Origin: an uncultured Clostridia bacterium
GTDB lineage: Bacteria; Bacillota; Clostridia; Oscillospirales; CAG-272
Reading direction: 5' to 3'
Assembly (NCBI GenBank): GCA_947631765.1
Contig: CANRMP010000007.1
Location: forward strand, 72,647 to 136,646
Length of the DNA stretch: 64,000 nt
Translations under genes and position numbers: made by a program
Part shown: one piece after another, positions 34,186 to 43,616 of the stretch
How the letters are laid out: the number at the start of each line of letters is the position of its first letter
How positions within the stretch are numbered: the first letter of the stretch is position 1
Notes under the pieces: generated by a model
The model's database searches: none
What the model saw: only the letters and a program-made list of their open reading frames with translations
What the model was told of the DNA's origin: nothing

Positions 34186-37100
34186 ATGAAAAAGCAATTT
34201 TTGAAGTCAGCCGTTTCTTCAATCTTACTGCTGACCCTTATCGGGTGCGGCAGAACACCTGCGACAAGTACGCAAGGAGGTACGACTATGAATACGAATG
34301 ATCCTGCACTCTCGGAAAACGATAAGCTGTACGCGGAATTTAAAAATCCCGACGAGCATTTGAAAACCAAGCCACTCTTTTTCTGGAACGTCCCGCTCTC
34401 CGAGATGACCACCGACGGCATTCGGGAAATTGTGCGCCGCTCATATCAAGAGAGCGGCTACAACGGCTTCGGAATCCTGCCTTACTGGCTGGACGGCTAT
34501 CTGTCCGAGGAGTACTTCGATCTCTACGAGGCGGCGCTTGACGAGGGGAGCAAGTACGGAATGCAGTTCTCACTCTACGACGAGGACGGATTCCCGAGCT
34601 ACACCGCGGGAGGGCTGTTTGCCGAGAAATACCCGTCTTTGACCGCCCACAGGCTGGACAAGTACGAGGTCGAGGCAAAGGCGGGGGACAAGGTTTTCCT
34701 GCGCCTTCCTCAAGGTGTCCTGCTCTCCGCAGTGGCAATGAACACCGCCACCAAGGAGCGAATTGACATCTCAAAGTACGCATCTATTGTAAAGCTGCCC
34801 GATTTTGACCCCGAAAGTCAGCCGATAGGACCTATTGCTTCGAGCGTTTACACGGTGGAGGACGGCTATGAAGCCGACAAGGCGTTTGACGGCAATCCAA
34901 ACACCCGCTGGAACGCCCTCTCCTATTCGGGTAATCGCGAATGGATAGGCATAAACTACGGCAAGGAGGTCACCTTCGACTCGGTGAAGGTCTACGAGGA
35001 CAAGAATCCCGTAGTCCAGAGGGTCAGAGCCTTCGATGTGCAGTATTGGAACGGGAGCGAGTGGAAAACCGTCGCCTCCGGAACAACCGTCACCGACAAG
35101 GGAGTCGAGCTTAAATTCGAGCCGGTCAAAGCGCAGTTCGTGCGGCTCTACTGCCGCAAAATCTCCGGGGACAGTTCAAGTATCACAGAGCTTGAAATAT
35201 ATAGCAATGGCAAGCGGCTGGACACTCCCAAACCCGAGCAGTCCGACTCTGCAAAGCCCGGATACTCCTGCTCAAGCATTTACGACGGTAATTATGACGC
35301 CGAAAAGGCGTTTGACGGCAATCCCGAAACCCGCTGGAATTCGGCAAGGGGCGCTTCGGTGAACGAGTGGCTGATGGCGTCCTTCGGAAGAACGGTTGAA
35401 ATTAACCGCGCGGTGATCTCGGAGGCTCTTGACCGGATTTCCTCCTTCACTATTGAGTATTTTGACGGGCAAGGCTGGAAGGTTGCCGCATCAGGCAGCA
35501 CTATCGGTATAAATAAAATTGTCGATTTCGCTCCGGTCACGACCGACCGAATGAGGCTTGTGGTTTCCACACCGAACGGGGAGTTGCCCTCAATATACGA
35601 GCTTGCCTTCTTTAACGGGGACGAGAAGATAATTCCGGTAAATCAAGCGGACGAAAATTACAAGGGCTCGCGCATAGAATTTACGGTTCCCGCCGACTGG
35701 GAGGGAACGTGGAAGATAATGGGATTTCTTTCGGTGCTTGAGGGCAGCGAAGGAATGGATTACCTTGACTCTGACGCTGTGGCAGGCTATATTGAGATTA
35801 CCCACGAGGCATACTATAAGAGATTCAAGAAATATTTTGACAACGGCACCATCACCACCTCATTCTACGACGAGCCGTCATTCTATCCGGCAAACGAAAA
35901 TTACGGCGTGGAGGGGTCGCGGATGTGGACTGATTCCTTCAATGAATTTTACAAGAGCCGCTTTGACGGCGAGGACCCCGCCTTGCTGTATCCCGCCCTC
36001 TGGTACGACATCGGAGAGGACACGACAGCGGCAAGGGACAGACTGCTTGGTACGCGAAGCGAGATGTTTGCCAAGAATTACATCGGTCAGATCGACAGTT
36101 GGTGTACTTCTCATGGGATTTCGCTTATGGGACATATGCTAATGGAGGAGCAGATAAATCCCCTGCCGCTTGAGGGCGATCTTATGCTTTCCTTCAAGTA
36201 TCAGACCATCCCCGGAGTAGATCTTATTACCTACTACGGCTTCTCGCAGGAGGCGTACAAGATAATCTCCTCCTCGGCGCAGAACTGGGACAAAACGCTT
36301 GTCATGTGCGAGGCGTTCGGCGCCATGGGCGAGGGAATTTCACCCGACATACTCTACAAGGGAACTATTGATCTGCTTGCCAAGGGGATAAATCTTATAG
36401 TCCCGCACGCCGTTTGGTACGACAACACCAAAAATGTGGTCTTCCCGCCCGAGCTCTCCTACCGCAATCCGAACTATTCAAAAATGCTCTCTGACTACAA
36501 CACCTATGAGGCAAGAATTGCAAGTCTGCTTCAGCGGCAGGGAAGTCACGTCGCCGACATCGCCTTGCTCTACCCCATAGACTCTCTGGAGAGCGACTAC
36601 ACCTTCGACGTGCAGATGACCCAGCCGGGATACGCCAACTACATGAAAATAGGCGAATATTTAAGCCTTACCGCACGGCGCGACTTTACCTATCTGCACC
36701 CGCAGATTCTGGACGGCTGCACGGTCGAAAACGGTATGCTGACTATGACAAACAAGATAAACACCGAGCGTTTTAAGGTGGTGATTATCCCCGGAATGAC
36801 AAGAATCAGCCTGTCAAATCTTGAGAAAATCTATTCCTTCTGGCAGGCAGGCGGATCGGTGATTTCGGTAGGAAAGCTGCCAACAGCCGGGATTGAGCGC
36901 TCCGAGGACGCACGTGTGAAGGAAATTCTTACCGAAATGTTCGGCGCGGACCCGGCAAGCGTTACCGGCAATATCGAGAATATCGGCGAGTGGGGCAAAG
37001 CCTTCCACGTCAGCGCGGCGACAGGGCTGGGCTCGGTCCTTGACAAGGCGACAGAAAGCCCGGACGTTGCGATAAAGCCCTCGAAAGCTCAGCTTTCGGG

Positions 37101-37344
37101 CGGAAATCTCTCCTACATCCACAAGGTTGTGGACGGACGGCACCTCTATTTTATCGGCAATTCCTCAGACACTAAAATCGACTTGGAAATCACCCTGCGC
37201 GGCAAATTTGAAGTGCTGGAGCTTTGGGACCCCGCCACCGGCGAGCGCACGCTTGTTGAAACCTCTGTAAACGGCGATTCCACCGCATTAAATTTGACCA
37301 TGGACAAGGTGAGCTCGTACATCCTTATCGAAAGCGCAAGCTGA
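34186..37344 (+). CDS. Large lipoprotein, putative glycoside hydrolase scaffold (GH106-like, tentative) with two tandem F5/8 type C (discoidin/CBM32-like) modules
   Basis: The lipobox is LLLTLIGCG. Two copies of AFDGNP(N/E)TRWN start at 34882 and 35308. The flanking regions (FFWNVPLSEM..., GILPYWLDGY, IPGVDLITYYG) resemble large uncharacterised or rhamnosidase-like hydrolases from memory. Confidence 0.65.
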   Translation: MKKQFLKSAVSSILLLTLIGCGRTPATSTQGGTTMNTNDPALSENDKLYAEFKNPDEHLKTKPLFFWNVPLSEMTTDGIREIVRRSYQESGYNGFGILPYWLDGYLSEEYFDLYEAALDEGSKYGMQFSLYDEDGFPSYTAGGLFAEKYPSLTAHRLDKYEVEAKAGDKVFLRLPQGVLLSAVAMNTATKERIDISKYASIVKLPDFDPESQPIGPIASSVYTVEDGYEADKAFDGNPNTRWNALSYSGNREWIGINYGKEVTFDSVKVYEDKNPVVQRVRAFDVQYWNGSEWKTVASGTTVTDKGVELKFEPVKAQFVRLYCRKISGDSSSITELEIYSNGKRLDTPKPEQSDSAKPGYSCSSIYDGNYDAEKAFDGNPETRWNSARGASVNEWLMASFGRTVEINRAVISEALDRISSFTIEYFDGQGWKVAASGSTIGINKIVDFAPVTTDRMRLVVSTPNGELPSIYELAFFNGDEKIIPVNQADENYKGSRIEFTVPADWEGTWKIMGFLSVLEGSEGMDYLDSDAVAGYIEITHEAYYKRFKKYFDNGTITTSFYDEPSFYPANENYGVEGSRMWTDSFNEFYKSRFDGEDPALLYPALWYDIGEDTTAARDRLLGTRSEMFAKNYIGQIDSWCTSHGISLMGHMLMEEQINPLPLEGDLMLSFKYQTIPGVDLITYYGFSQEAYKIISSSAQNWDKTLVMCEAFGAMGEGISPDILYKGTIDLLAKGINLIVPHAVWYDNTKNVVFPPELSYRNPNYSKMLSDYNTYEARIASLLQRQGSHVADIALLYPIDSLESDYTFDVQMTQPGYANYMKIGEYLSLTARRDFTYLHPQILDGCTVENGMLTMTNKINTERFKVVIIPGMTRISLSNLEKIYSFWQAGGSVISVGKLPTAGIERSEDARVKEILTEMFGADPASVTGNIENIGEWGKAFHVSAATGLGSVLDKATESPDVAIKPSKAQLSGGNLSYIHKVVDGRHLYFIGNSSDTKIDLEITLRGKFEVLELWDPATGERTLVETSVNGDSTALNLTMDKVSSYILIESAS

Positions 37345-37488
37345 CAAAGGCAATGCAGGCTGTTTAAAAAGTCTGACCCGTTTTCTGCAATTTACATATC
37401 AAGGAGGGACTTCTCAAAAAGAGGTCTCTCCTCGCATTATTTTAAGGTCAGTTTTGCAAAGGTCTTGTTTTCATGGGACAATCCGACA

Positions 37489-37517
37489 TTGACAAGGGTA
37501 GGAAAAAGTGATATAAT
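37489..37517 (+). promoter_or_regulatory. Consensus extended -10 promoter of cca
   Basis: TTGACA (37489-37494), a 17-nt spacer, and TGaTATAAT with the hexamer at 37512-37517. Confidence 0.55.
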
Positions 37518-37547
37518 AGCTTGACAAGAAATATCACGAGGTAGAAG

Positions 37548-38891
37548 ATGGAGCTTCCGCTGTACGTAAAAAATATATTAGACACGCTTTCAAAAGGCGG
37601 ATACGAGGCGTATGCCGTCGGCGGGTGCGTCCGCGACAGCCTGCTCGGAATTGTTCCGGGGGATTACGATATATGCACCTCGGCGCTGCCCGAGGAGGTT
37701 ATTGAACTTTTTCGGGAATTTACCGTTGTGCCGACGGGTATTAAGCACGGAACGGTAACTGTCGTATCTGACGCTCCCGTTGAGATCACATCCTTCAGAA
37801 GCGAGGGAAAATACAGCGACAACCGTCATCCCGACAGCGTTATATTTGTAAAAAGCGTTGAGGAAGACCTTTCAAGGCGGGATTTTACGGTAAACGCCAT
37901 GGCATATTCCCAGCAAAGGGGAATTGTCGACCCGTTCGGGGGTATTTGTGATCTTGAAAAAAAGATAATTCGCTGTGTTGGAGACCCCGAAACGCGATTT
38001 GACGAGGACGGATTGCGCATAATGCGCGCCCTGCGTTTTGCCTCGGTATACGGCTTTGAGATTGAGAAGGATACCGAAAGTGCGCTGCGCAAAAAGCGCA
38101 CTCTGCTGCTCGGCATATCGGAAGAAAGACTGTTTGCCGAGATGAGCAAGCTGCTAATGGGTCAAAGCGCGCACATAATTATTGACAAATATCCCGAGGT
38201 TATCGGCACGTTCATTCCCGAAATACTTCCGATGATAGGCTTTAGGCAGCACACTCCTCATCATCATCTTGACGTATGGAAGCACACAATGAAGGTGCTT
38301 GAAAATTCATGGGGAGATGACCTTTCCATGCGCTGGAGCGCACTTTTGCACGACTGCAAAAAGCCTGATTGCTTTGTCCTTGACAAAAACGGCAGGGGAC
38401 ACTTTACCTCACATCAGGAGCTCGGGGCAAAAAACGCTTTTAATATTTTAACAAGGCTTAAATGCGACAACAAGACAAAAAACGAGGTTGTTTCCCTCAT
38501 TGAAAATCACGATCTGTATTTTCGCGGCGATATTCCCGACATGCAAAGACTTATAAACCGTCTCGGAAAAGAGCTTCCCAAAAGAATTTTTCGTTTCAGG
38601 GTTTATGACAGCATGGCGCAAAATCCGAATACCGTTCCCGAAAAACTGCTTGAATGTCAAAGGGCAATGAAAATTTACAACGAGGTTGTGGAAAATAAGC
38701 TTTGCTGTTTTGTAAGCGATTTGGAAATTGACGGCTTTGACCTTATAAAGCTCGGTGTAAAGCCCGGAAAACAGATCGGAGAAACGCTTACAAAGCTGCT
38801 TTTTGCGGTAATTGATAAAAAATGCGAAAACAACAGGGACAAGCTTGCGGCATATGTTGCCGACTATATCCTCAAGGCGGGTAATTTATGA
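37548..38891 (+). CDS. cca: CCA-adding tRNA nucleotidyltransferase with an HD domain
   Basis: Motifs include GGCVRDSLLG..GDYDI, RRDFTVNAMAY and a later HD region (HHHLDVWKHT). Confidence 0.88.
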   Translation: MELPLYVKNILDTLSKGGYEAYAVGGCVRDSLLGIVPGDYDICTSALPEEVIELFREFTVVPTGIKHGTVTVVSDAPVEITSFRSEGKYSDNRHPDSVIFVKSVEEDLSRRDFTVNAMAYSQQRGIVDPFGGICDLEKKIIRCVGDPETRFDEDGLRIMRALRFASVYGFEIEKDTESALRKKRTLLLGISEERLFAEMSKLLMGQSAHIIIDKYPEVIGTFIPEILPMIGFRQHTPHHHLDVWKHTMKVLENSWGDDLSMRWSALLHDCKKPDCFVLDKNGRGHFTSHQELGAKNAFNILTRLKCDNKTKNEVVSLIENHDLYFRGDIPDMQRLINRLGKELPKRIFRFRVYDSMAQNPNTVPEKLLECQRAMKIYNEVVENKLCCFVSDLEIDGFDLIKLGVKPGKQIGETLTKLLFAVIDKKCENNRDKLAAYVADYILKAGNL

Positions 38892-39403
38892 ATATACTTT
38901 GGCAGGCGGTCGGTTATGTTGCCATGATAACCATAATTCTGTCTTTTCAGATAAAAAAGCAAAACGCGGTTATTGCAGTGCAGGCGGCGGCACAACTGCT
39001 TTTTGTGATACACTACACAATGATAGGCTCCTTCTCGGGCGCAGTTTTGAATTTTATTGCGGTAGTGCGAGCCCTGCTGCTCTTGTCGGGGAATAGATAT
39101 CTCAAATCGGATATTTCAAAATACATTGTAATGGCAGTTTTCCTTCTCTCTCCGGCGCTTGTTTATAAAAGCTTTTTTGATTTTCTGCCGGGGGTCGCCA
39201 TGATGATAAATACATATTGCATCTGGTCAAATGACGGGAAAAAGCTCCGTATTTCACAGGCGGCGGTGGTCTCTCCGCTTTGGATAGTATATAACGTTAT
39301 AAATAACTCGCCCCCGGGCGTGCTCACCGAGATTTTCAATATGACCTCTTCGATTATTTTTCTTGTCCGCACCCGTTCAAGGAAGGAAAAACCGATAAAA
39401 TAA
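38888..39403 (+). CDS. YgjV-family inner membrane protein
   Basis: This 171-aa ORF of about 5 TM helices has the N-terminus WQAVGYVAMITIILSFQIKK. It has an ATGA overlap with cca. Confidence 0.65.
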   Translation: MNILWQAVGYVAMITIILSFQIKKQNAVIAVQAAAQLLFVIHYTMIGSFSGAVLNFIAVVRALLLLSGNRYLKSDISKYIVMAVFLLSPALVYKSFFDFLPGVAMMINTYCIWSNDGKKLRISQAAVVSPLWIVYNVINNSPPGVLTEIFNMTSSIIFLVRTRSRKEKPIK

Positions 39404-39422
39404 AAAAAGGAAGTTTAAGAAT

Positions 39423-40151
39423 ATGGCAGACTGCAAAATACAAATATGCGGCGACAGATCGGTAATTGTCGCTTTTTCCGACGAGGGCGGAACACTTGCC
39501 GACGAAAAGGCAAGGCGCTTTGTCAAAAAGCTTGCCGAAAAGGAGTTTGATTGGCTGATTGACTCAAAAATACTCGAGGACTCGGCGGTGCTGATATACA
39601 ATCCCACCTTTATTACCTACGGAAAGCTTTGCAAGCAAATTGCAAAGCTCACAAAAAAAGGAGATGTTTTTCTCCCGAAGCTCAGCGAGGCAGAGCAAAA
39701 ACAGCTTGTGCACAGTATTCCGGTGTGCTTTTTGGGTAAATACGCACCCGATTTAAAAAAGCTATGCGAAAGCTGCGGCGCAAGTGAAAGTGAACTTATA
39801 AACAGGCTATGCAAAAGGGATTACCTTGTGCGCTGTATTTTGGGCGGCGGAAAGCTCTGCCTTTCGGACGCTCCCGTGGAAATTTCTCTTGAATGTGAGA
39901 AAAAAGAGGCGTGCGCCGGCTCGCTGATATATGAAAACGGCAGGCTGTTTATAGCTCCGACCGATATTATGACAAGCGGGGCAATTATCGGGCTCTCGGC
40001 ATTTGATTATTTTTCGGACAGCGGAGAGATAATATGCCGCCCGGGGGAGTATATTGAGCTTAGCTCGGTAACCGAAAACAAATTCAAAAAGCTGTGCGAG
40101 AAGAAGGAAAATATAACACAGCGGCGCAAGGTTAATATCGAAAGGCAGTGA
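39423..40151 (+). CDS. Divergent PxpB/KipI-like (allophanate hydrolase subunit 1 family) protein
   Basis: The N-terminus IQICGDRSVIVAFSDE and the IPVCFLGKYAPDL string fit the family. The usual GF.PGF and PGGW strings are not recognisable. Confidence 0.55.
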   Translation: MADCKIQICGDRSVIVAFSDEGGTLADEKARRFVKKLAEKEFDWLIDSKILEDSAVLIYNPTFITYGKLCKQIAKLTKKGDVFLPKLSEAEQKQLVHSIPVCFLGKYAPDLKKLCESCGASESELINRLCKRDYLVRCILGGGKLCLSDAPVEISLECEKKEACAGSLIYENGRLFIAPTDIMTSGAIIGLSAFDYFSDSGEIICRPGEYIELSSVTENKFKKLCEKKENITQRRKVNIERQ

Positions 40152-40155
40152 TGAG

Positions 40156-41049
40156 GTGAAAATACAAGTTTTAAAATGCGAAAAAAATATAACTCTCTGC
40201 AAAGCGGACTCACATAACAACACCTTTGAACGCCCTTTTAAAAAGGCCAAATACGCCCTTGACCCCGAGTCTGCGGCAATAGGGAATATGCTCATAGAAA
40301 ACAGAGACGACGATCTCTGCCTTGAAATTACAGGCTCGTGCGAGCTTCTTTTCGGGGACGACTGCGTTATTGCGCTCACCGGTGCGCCTTACTCGGCGAT
40401 TATCGGCGAAGAAACTCTCCCGCATTATTGTGCGGCGCAGATTGACAAGGGAGACAGGCTTGAAATTAAGGCAAGTGACGGCGGCTGTCTTTATATTGCG
40501 GTAAACGGCTCCTTTGTCAATAAAGAGTGCGCTGCATATAAAGCCGGAGACGAGATTGAAATTGAAAATAACAAAGAAAATCTTTATAACATGGACCTTC
40601 GCCTTTATGTCAAAGAGAGCGCAAGCGAGGGCGCGCCCTTGCGCCTTATTCCGGGTCCCTGTGCCGAGGATTTCGGCGCGCACGCCTTGGAGCTGCTTTA
40701 CACGTCCGAGTTTACGGTAAAGGGAGCTGACAGAAAAGCCGTTTCATTTCACGGTATTGCAATCGAGGACTGCGAAAAGCTTCAGCACCTTACCTATGCG
40801 CCGGTCGGAGCGCTCTTTATCGATAAGGACGGGGACCCGTACATAATAATGCAGGACTTTGACGACCTTACCGATAAAAAAATTATGGCGTGTGTGATAA
40901 GCGCGGATATGTCCCGCCTTGCCGCCCTTGCCCCGGGCAGTAAAATAAGATTCTCCCCCTGTACCGTGGAGGAGGCGCAAAGACTGATAACGCTCAAGCG
41001 AAAGGAATATATCAGACATTATCTGCGAATAAACACATATGACAAGTAA
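40156..41049 (+). CDS. Divergent PxpC/KipA-like (allophanate hydrolase subunit 2 family) protein
   Basis: The ORF has a GTG start. Family-like strings are AAIGNMLIEN..LCLEIT, VIALTGAPY and LRLIPGP. Confidence 0.55.
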   Translation: MKIQVLKCEKNITLCKADSHNNTFERPFKKAKYALDPESAAIGNMLIENRDDDLCLEITGSCELLFGDDCVIALTGAPYSAIIGEETLPHYCAAQIDKGDRLEIKASDGGCLYIAVNGSFVNKECAAYKAGDEIEIENNKENLYNMDLRLYVKESASEGAPLRLIPGPCAEDFGAHALELLYTSEFTVKGADRKAVSFHGIAIEDCEKLQHLTYAPVGALFIDKDGDPYIIMQDFDDLTDKKIMACVISADMSRLAALAPGSKIRFSPCTVEEAQRLITLKRKEYIRHYLRINTYDK

Positions 41050-42304
41050 TAAATTCAAAAGGACCAAATACGCCTGTTATTATGCGTATCTTGCGATGTC
41101 CTCGGTGTTCAGTCTGCCGCCGGTTCTCTTTATGACCTTTCGCGAGATGTATAACATCTCATATACCCTGCTCGGAACCTTGGTCCTTGTCAATTTTTGC
41201 ACGCAGCTGACAATAGATCTTATCTTCACATTTTTTTCAAAGCATTTCAATATCAAAATAACCGTGCGGACAATGCCGCTTCTTACCTCCTTCGGTCTTA
41301 TTGTTTACGCCCTGACTCCGATGCTCTTTCCTAAGTACGCCTATGCGGGACTGCTTTGCGGAACAATTATTTTTTCTGTGGCGGCGGGACTTTCAGAGGT
41401 GCTGATAAGCCCGACGGTTGCGGCGCTTCCTTCCGATAACCCCGAAAAAGACATGAGTCTGCTTCACTCTCTGTACGCGTGGGGCGTGGTAAGCGTTGTT
41501 GTTATTTCCACCACGTTTTTAAAAATATTCGGCAGGGAAAACTGGATGTATCTCACCTTGCCTTTTGCTTGTCTTCCGATTATATCCTTTTTGCTTTTTT
41601 GCCTCTCCCCAATGCCCGAAGCAAAGCTTTCCAATGGCGCGCCGCCTCCGGAAAAGAAAAAGCGCAAGAATTTCGGGCTGGCGCTCTGCGCCATGTGCAT
41701 TTTTTTGGGAAGTGCCGCAGAAAATTCAATGACAAACTGGATTTCGGGCTATATGGAAAGCGCACTCGGTATTCCCAAGGCGACAGGGGATATTTTGGGT
41801 ATGGCGGCTTTTGCGTTTTTGCTCGGAGTGGGCAGGATACTGTACGCAAGGTTCGGAAAAAACATCTCAAGGGTTCTGCTCTTTGGCATGGCGGGCGCCG
41901 CTGTCTGCTATATTGTTGCGGGCACCTGCTCTACTTCGTTTGTTTCGGCGGCGGCGTGCGTGCTTACGGGCTTTTGCACCTCGATGCTCTGGCCCGGCAC
42001 TCTTATCATGATGGAGGAGATATTCCCCTCATCAGGAGTTGCCGCCTATGCGCTTATGGCGGCGGGAGGGGATTTCGGCGGGTCTGTTGCTCCTCAGCTG
42101 CTCGGAATTGTGGTTGACACGGTCTCGGCAAGCGGCTTTGCGGCAAGTCTTGCTGCAAAGTACAACCTGTCCGCAGACCAAATCGGCATGAAGGTCGGAA
42201 TGCTCACCTCCTCGCTCTTCCCGATTTTGGGCGTTCTTTTGCTTATTTTTATGATTAAATATTTTAAAAAGACAAGCGCGGCAAATACCGGCAAGGGCAC
42301 CTAA
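41039..42304 (+). CDS. MFS transporter
   Basis: This 421-aa ORF of about 12 TM helices overlaps the previous gene by 11 nt. Confidence 0.8.
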   Translation: MTSNKFKRTKYACYYAYLAMSSVFSLPPVLFMTFREMYNISYTLLGTLVLVNFCTQLTIDLIFTFFSKHFNIKITVRTMPLLTSFGLIVYALTPMLFPKYAYAGLLCGTIIFSVAAGLSEVLISPTVAALPSDNPEKDMSLLHSLYAWGVVSVVVISTTFLKIFGRENWMYLTLPFACLPIISFLLFCLSPMPEAKLSNGAPPPEKKKRKNFGLALCAMCIFLGSAAENSMTNWISGYMESALGIPKATGDILGMAAFAFLLGVGRILYARFGKNISRVLLFGMAGAAVCYIVAGTCSTSFVSAAACVLTGFCTSMLWPGTLIMMEEIFPSSGVAAYALMAAGGDFGGSVAPQLLGIVVDTVSASGFAASLAAKYNLSADQIGMKVGMLTSSLFPILGVLLLIFMIKYFKKTSAANTGKGT

Positions 42305-42429
42305 AGGCTTGAGCTTTGAAACGCAAAAAAATAAATTTTTTTAAAAAACTTAAAACCCGAGGGATTTTTAAATCGTCTATATGGTGTAAAGCAAAAAGAA
42401 AAAAACTTTTAACCAAAAGGAGACCTACC

Positions 42430-43512
42430 ATGAAAAAAATAATTTCAATCATTCTTACCCTTGCCGCTTTAGCTATGTTTGCTTCGTGCGGGGACGATAA
42501 TACCGAAAACACCTCCGACCCGTCCGACGTAACCGGGACAGACGCTTCGATAGTCACAACAGACCCGACAGGAACAACCGGGACAACCGACCCGACAGCG
42601 ACAAACGCTCCGACAGAGACAACCGCCCCGGAGGGACCACAGCAGCCAAAGCCGATTGAACCGGAAAAACCGTTTAAGGGACTTATGTACAAGCTAAATG
42701 AAGAGGGAACTGCTTACGTCATTGCCAGTATTGATGAATTCGCCGATTCTAATATCGAAGTTTCGGCAATGTACAAGGGATTACCGGTGACGGCAATCGG
42801 CAAAAGAGCCTTCTATGGCTGCACAAGTCTTATAAGCATAACGATACCTGACAGCGTTACGACAATCGGCGAAAGTGCCTTCTATGGCTGCACAAGTCTT
42901 ACAAGTATCACGATTCCTGACAGCGTGACGGAGATTGGCATGCAAGCCTTCTCAAACTGCATCGGTCTTGCGAGTATTACCATACCGGGCAGTGTGAAGA
43001 CAATCGGCGAATCTGCCTTTGAAGGTTGCACAGGTTTGACAAGTATCACGGTTGCCGAAGGAAATCCCGTATATCACAGTGCGGGTAACTGCCTTATTGA
43101 AACAGAAGCAAAAGTCCTGATTTTGGGTTGCAAAACCAGTGAGATCCCAAGTGACGGAAGTGTGACGAAAATTGGCGATGCTGCTTTTGGTAGATGTGAA
43201 GGTTTGACAAGCATCACGATACCGGACAGCGTTACGACAATCGGCGGCTTGGCGTTTTGTGACTGCACCGGTCTTACGAGCATAACGATACCGGACAGCG
43301 TTACGACAATCGGCGACTCCGTATTCAGCAGCTGCACAGGTCTTACAAGCATCACGATACCGGACAGCGTGGCGACAATCGGCGACTTCACCTTTAATGG
43401 TTGCGAGGGTCTTACCGATATTTACTATGGCGGAAGCGAAGAGCAATGGTGGGATTTGACATGGTTTGCCGAAATTCCTTACGGCGCTACAGTTCACTGT
43501 AACAACGAATGA
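42430..43512 (+). CDS. Lipoprotein with a Thr/Pro-rich linker and BspA-type leucine-rich repeats
   Basis: I prefer Met39 (RBS AAAAGGAG). The lipobox is LAMFASCG. Repeats follow the pattern SITIPDSVTTIG.SAF..CT.LT. Confidence 0.8.
   Translation: MKKIISIILTLAALAMFASCGDDNTENTSDPSDVTGTDASIVTTDPTGTTGTTDPTATNAPTETTAPEGPQQPKPIEPEKPFKGLMYKLNEEGTAYVIASIDEFADSNIEVSAMYKGLPVTAIGKRAFYGCTSLISITIPDSVTTIGESAFYGCTSLTSITIPDSVTEIGMQAFSNCIGLASITIPGSVKTIGESAFEGCTGLTSITVAEGNPVYHSAGNCLIETEAKVLILGCKTSEIPSDGSVTKIGDAAFGRCEGLTSITIPDSVTTIGGLAFCDCTGLTSITIPDSVTTIGDSVFSSCTGLTSITIPDSVATIGDFTFNGCEGLTDIYYGGSEEQWWDLTWFAEIPYGATVHCNNE
42781..43430 (+). repeat. In-frame 69-bp (23-aa) tandem LRR units with near-identical DNA cores
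   Basis: ACGATACCGGACAGCGT recurs at 43216, 43285 and 43354, exactly 69 nt apart. GCCTTCTATGGCTGCACAAGTCTTA occurs twice (about 42809 and 42878). Confidence 0.85.
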
Positions 43513-43519
43513 CAATATT

Positions 43520-43549
43520 CCCCCGACTCGAGCCCGAGTCGGGGGTTTT
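43520..43549 (+). terminator. Intrinsic terminator
   Basis: The stem CCCCCGACTCG / CGAGTCGGGGG has the loop AGCC and is followed by TTTT. Confidence 0.7.
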
Positions 43550-43559
43550 CGGCATAGTT

Positions 43560-43593
43560 AAGGCAGACTGCGGAATTTGCCGCAGTCTGCCTT
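43560..43593. terminator. Second strong hairpin between convergent genes
   Basis: A 14-bp stem AAGGCAGACTGCGG / CCGCAGTCTGCCTT. Confidence 0.5.
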
Positions 43594-43616
43594 GAATTAT
43601 TTGATTTTCAAAGGGC

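Noticed and set aside
34340-36142. Several 70-147-aa Arg/Pro/Ser-rich ORFs lie in other frames of the lipoprotein gene (34340-34783, 35036-35362, 35738-36142).
   Set aside because: They are a by-product of the high GC content of this gene. They have no RBS and no recognisable motifs, and they lie entirely inside a well-supported long ORF.
42781-43430. A regularly spaced direct repeat array could be mistaken for a CRISPR array.
   Set aside because: The 69-nt period is in frame inside a long ORF and encodes canonical 23-aa LRR units. The segments between the conserved cores are themselves homologous. No cas genes or leader are present.
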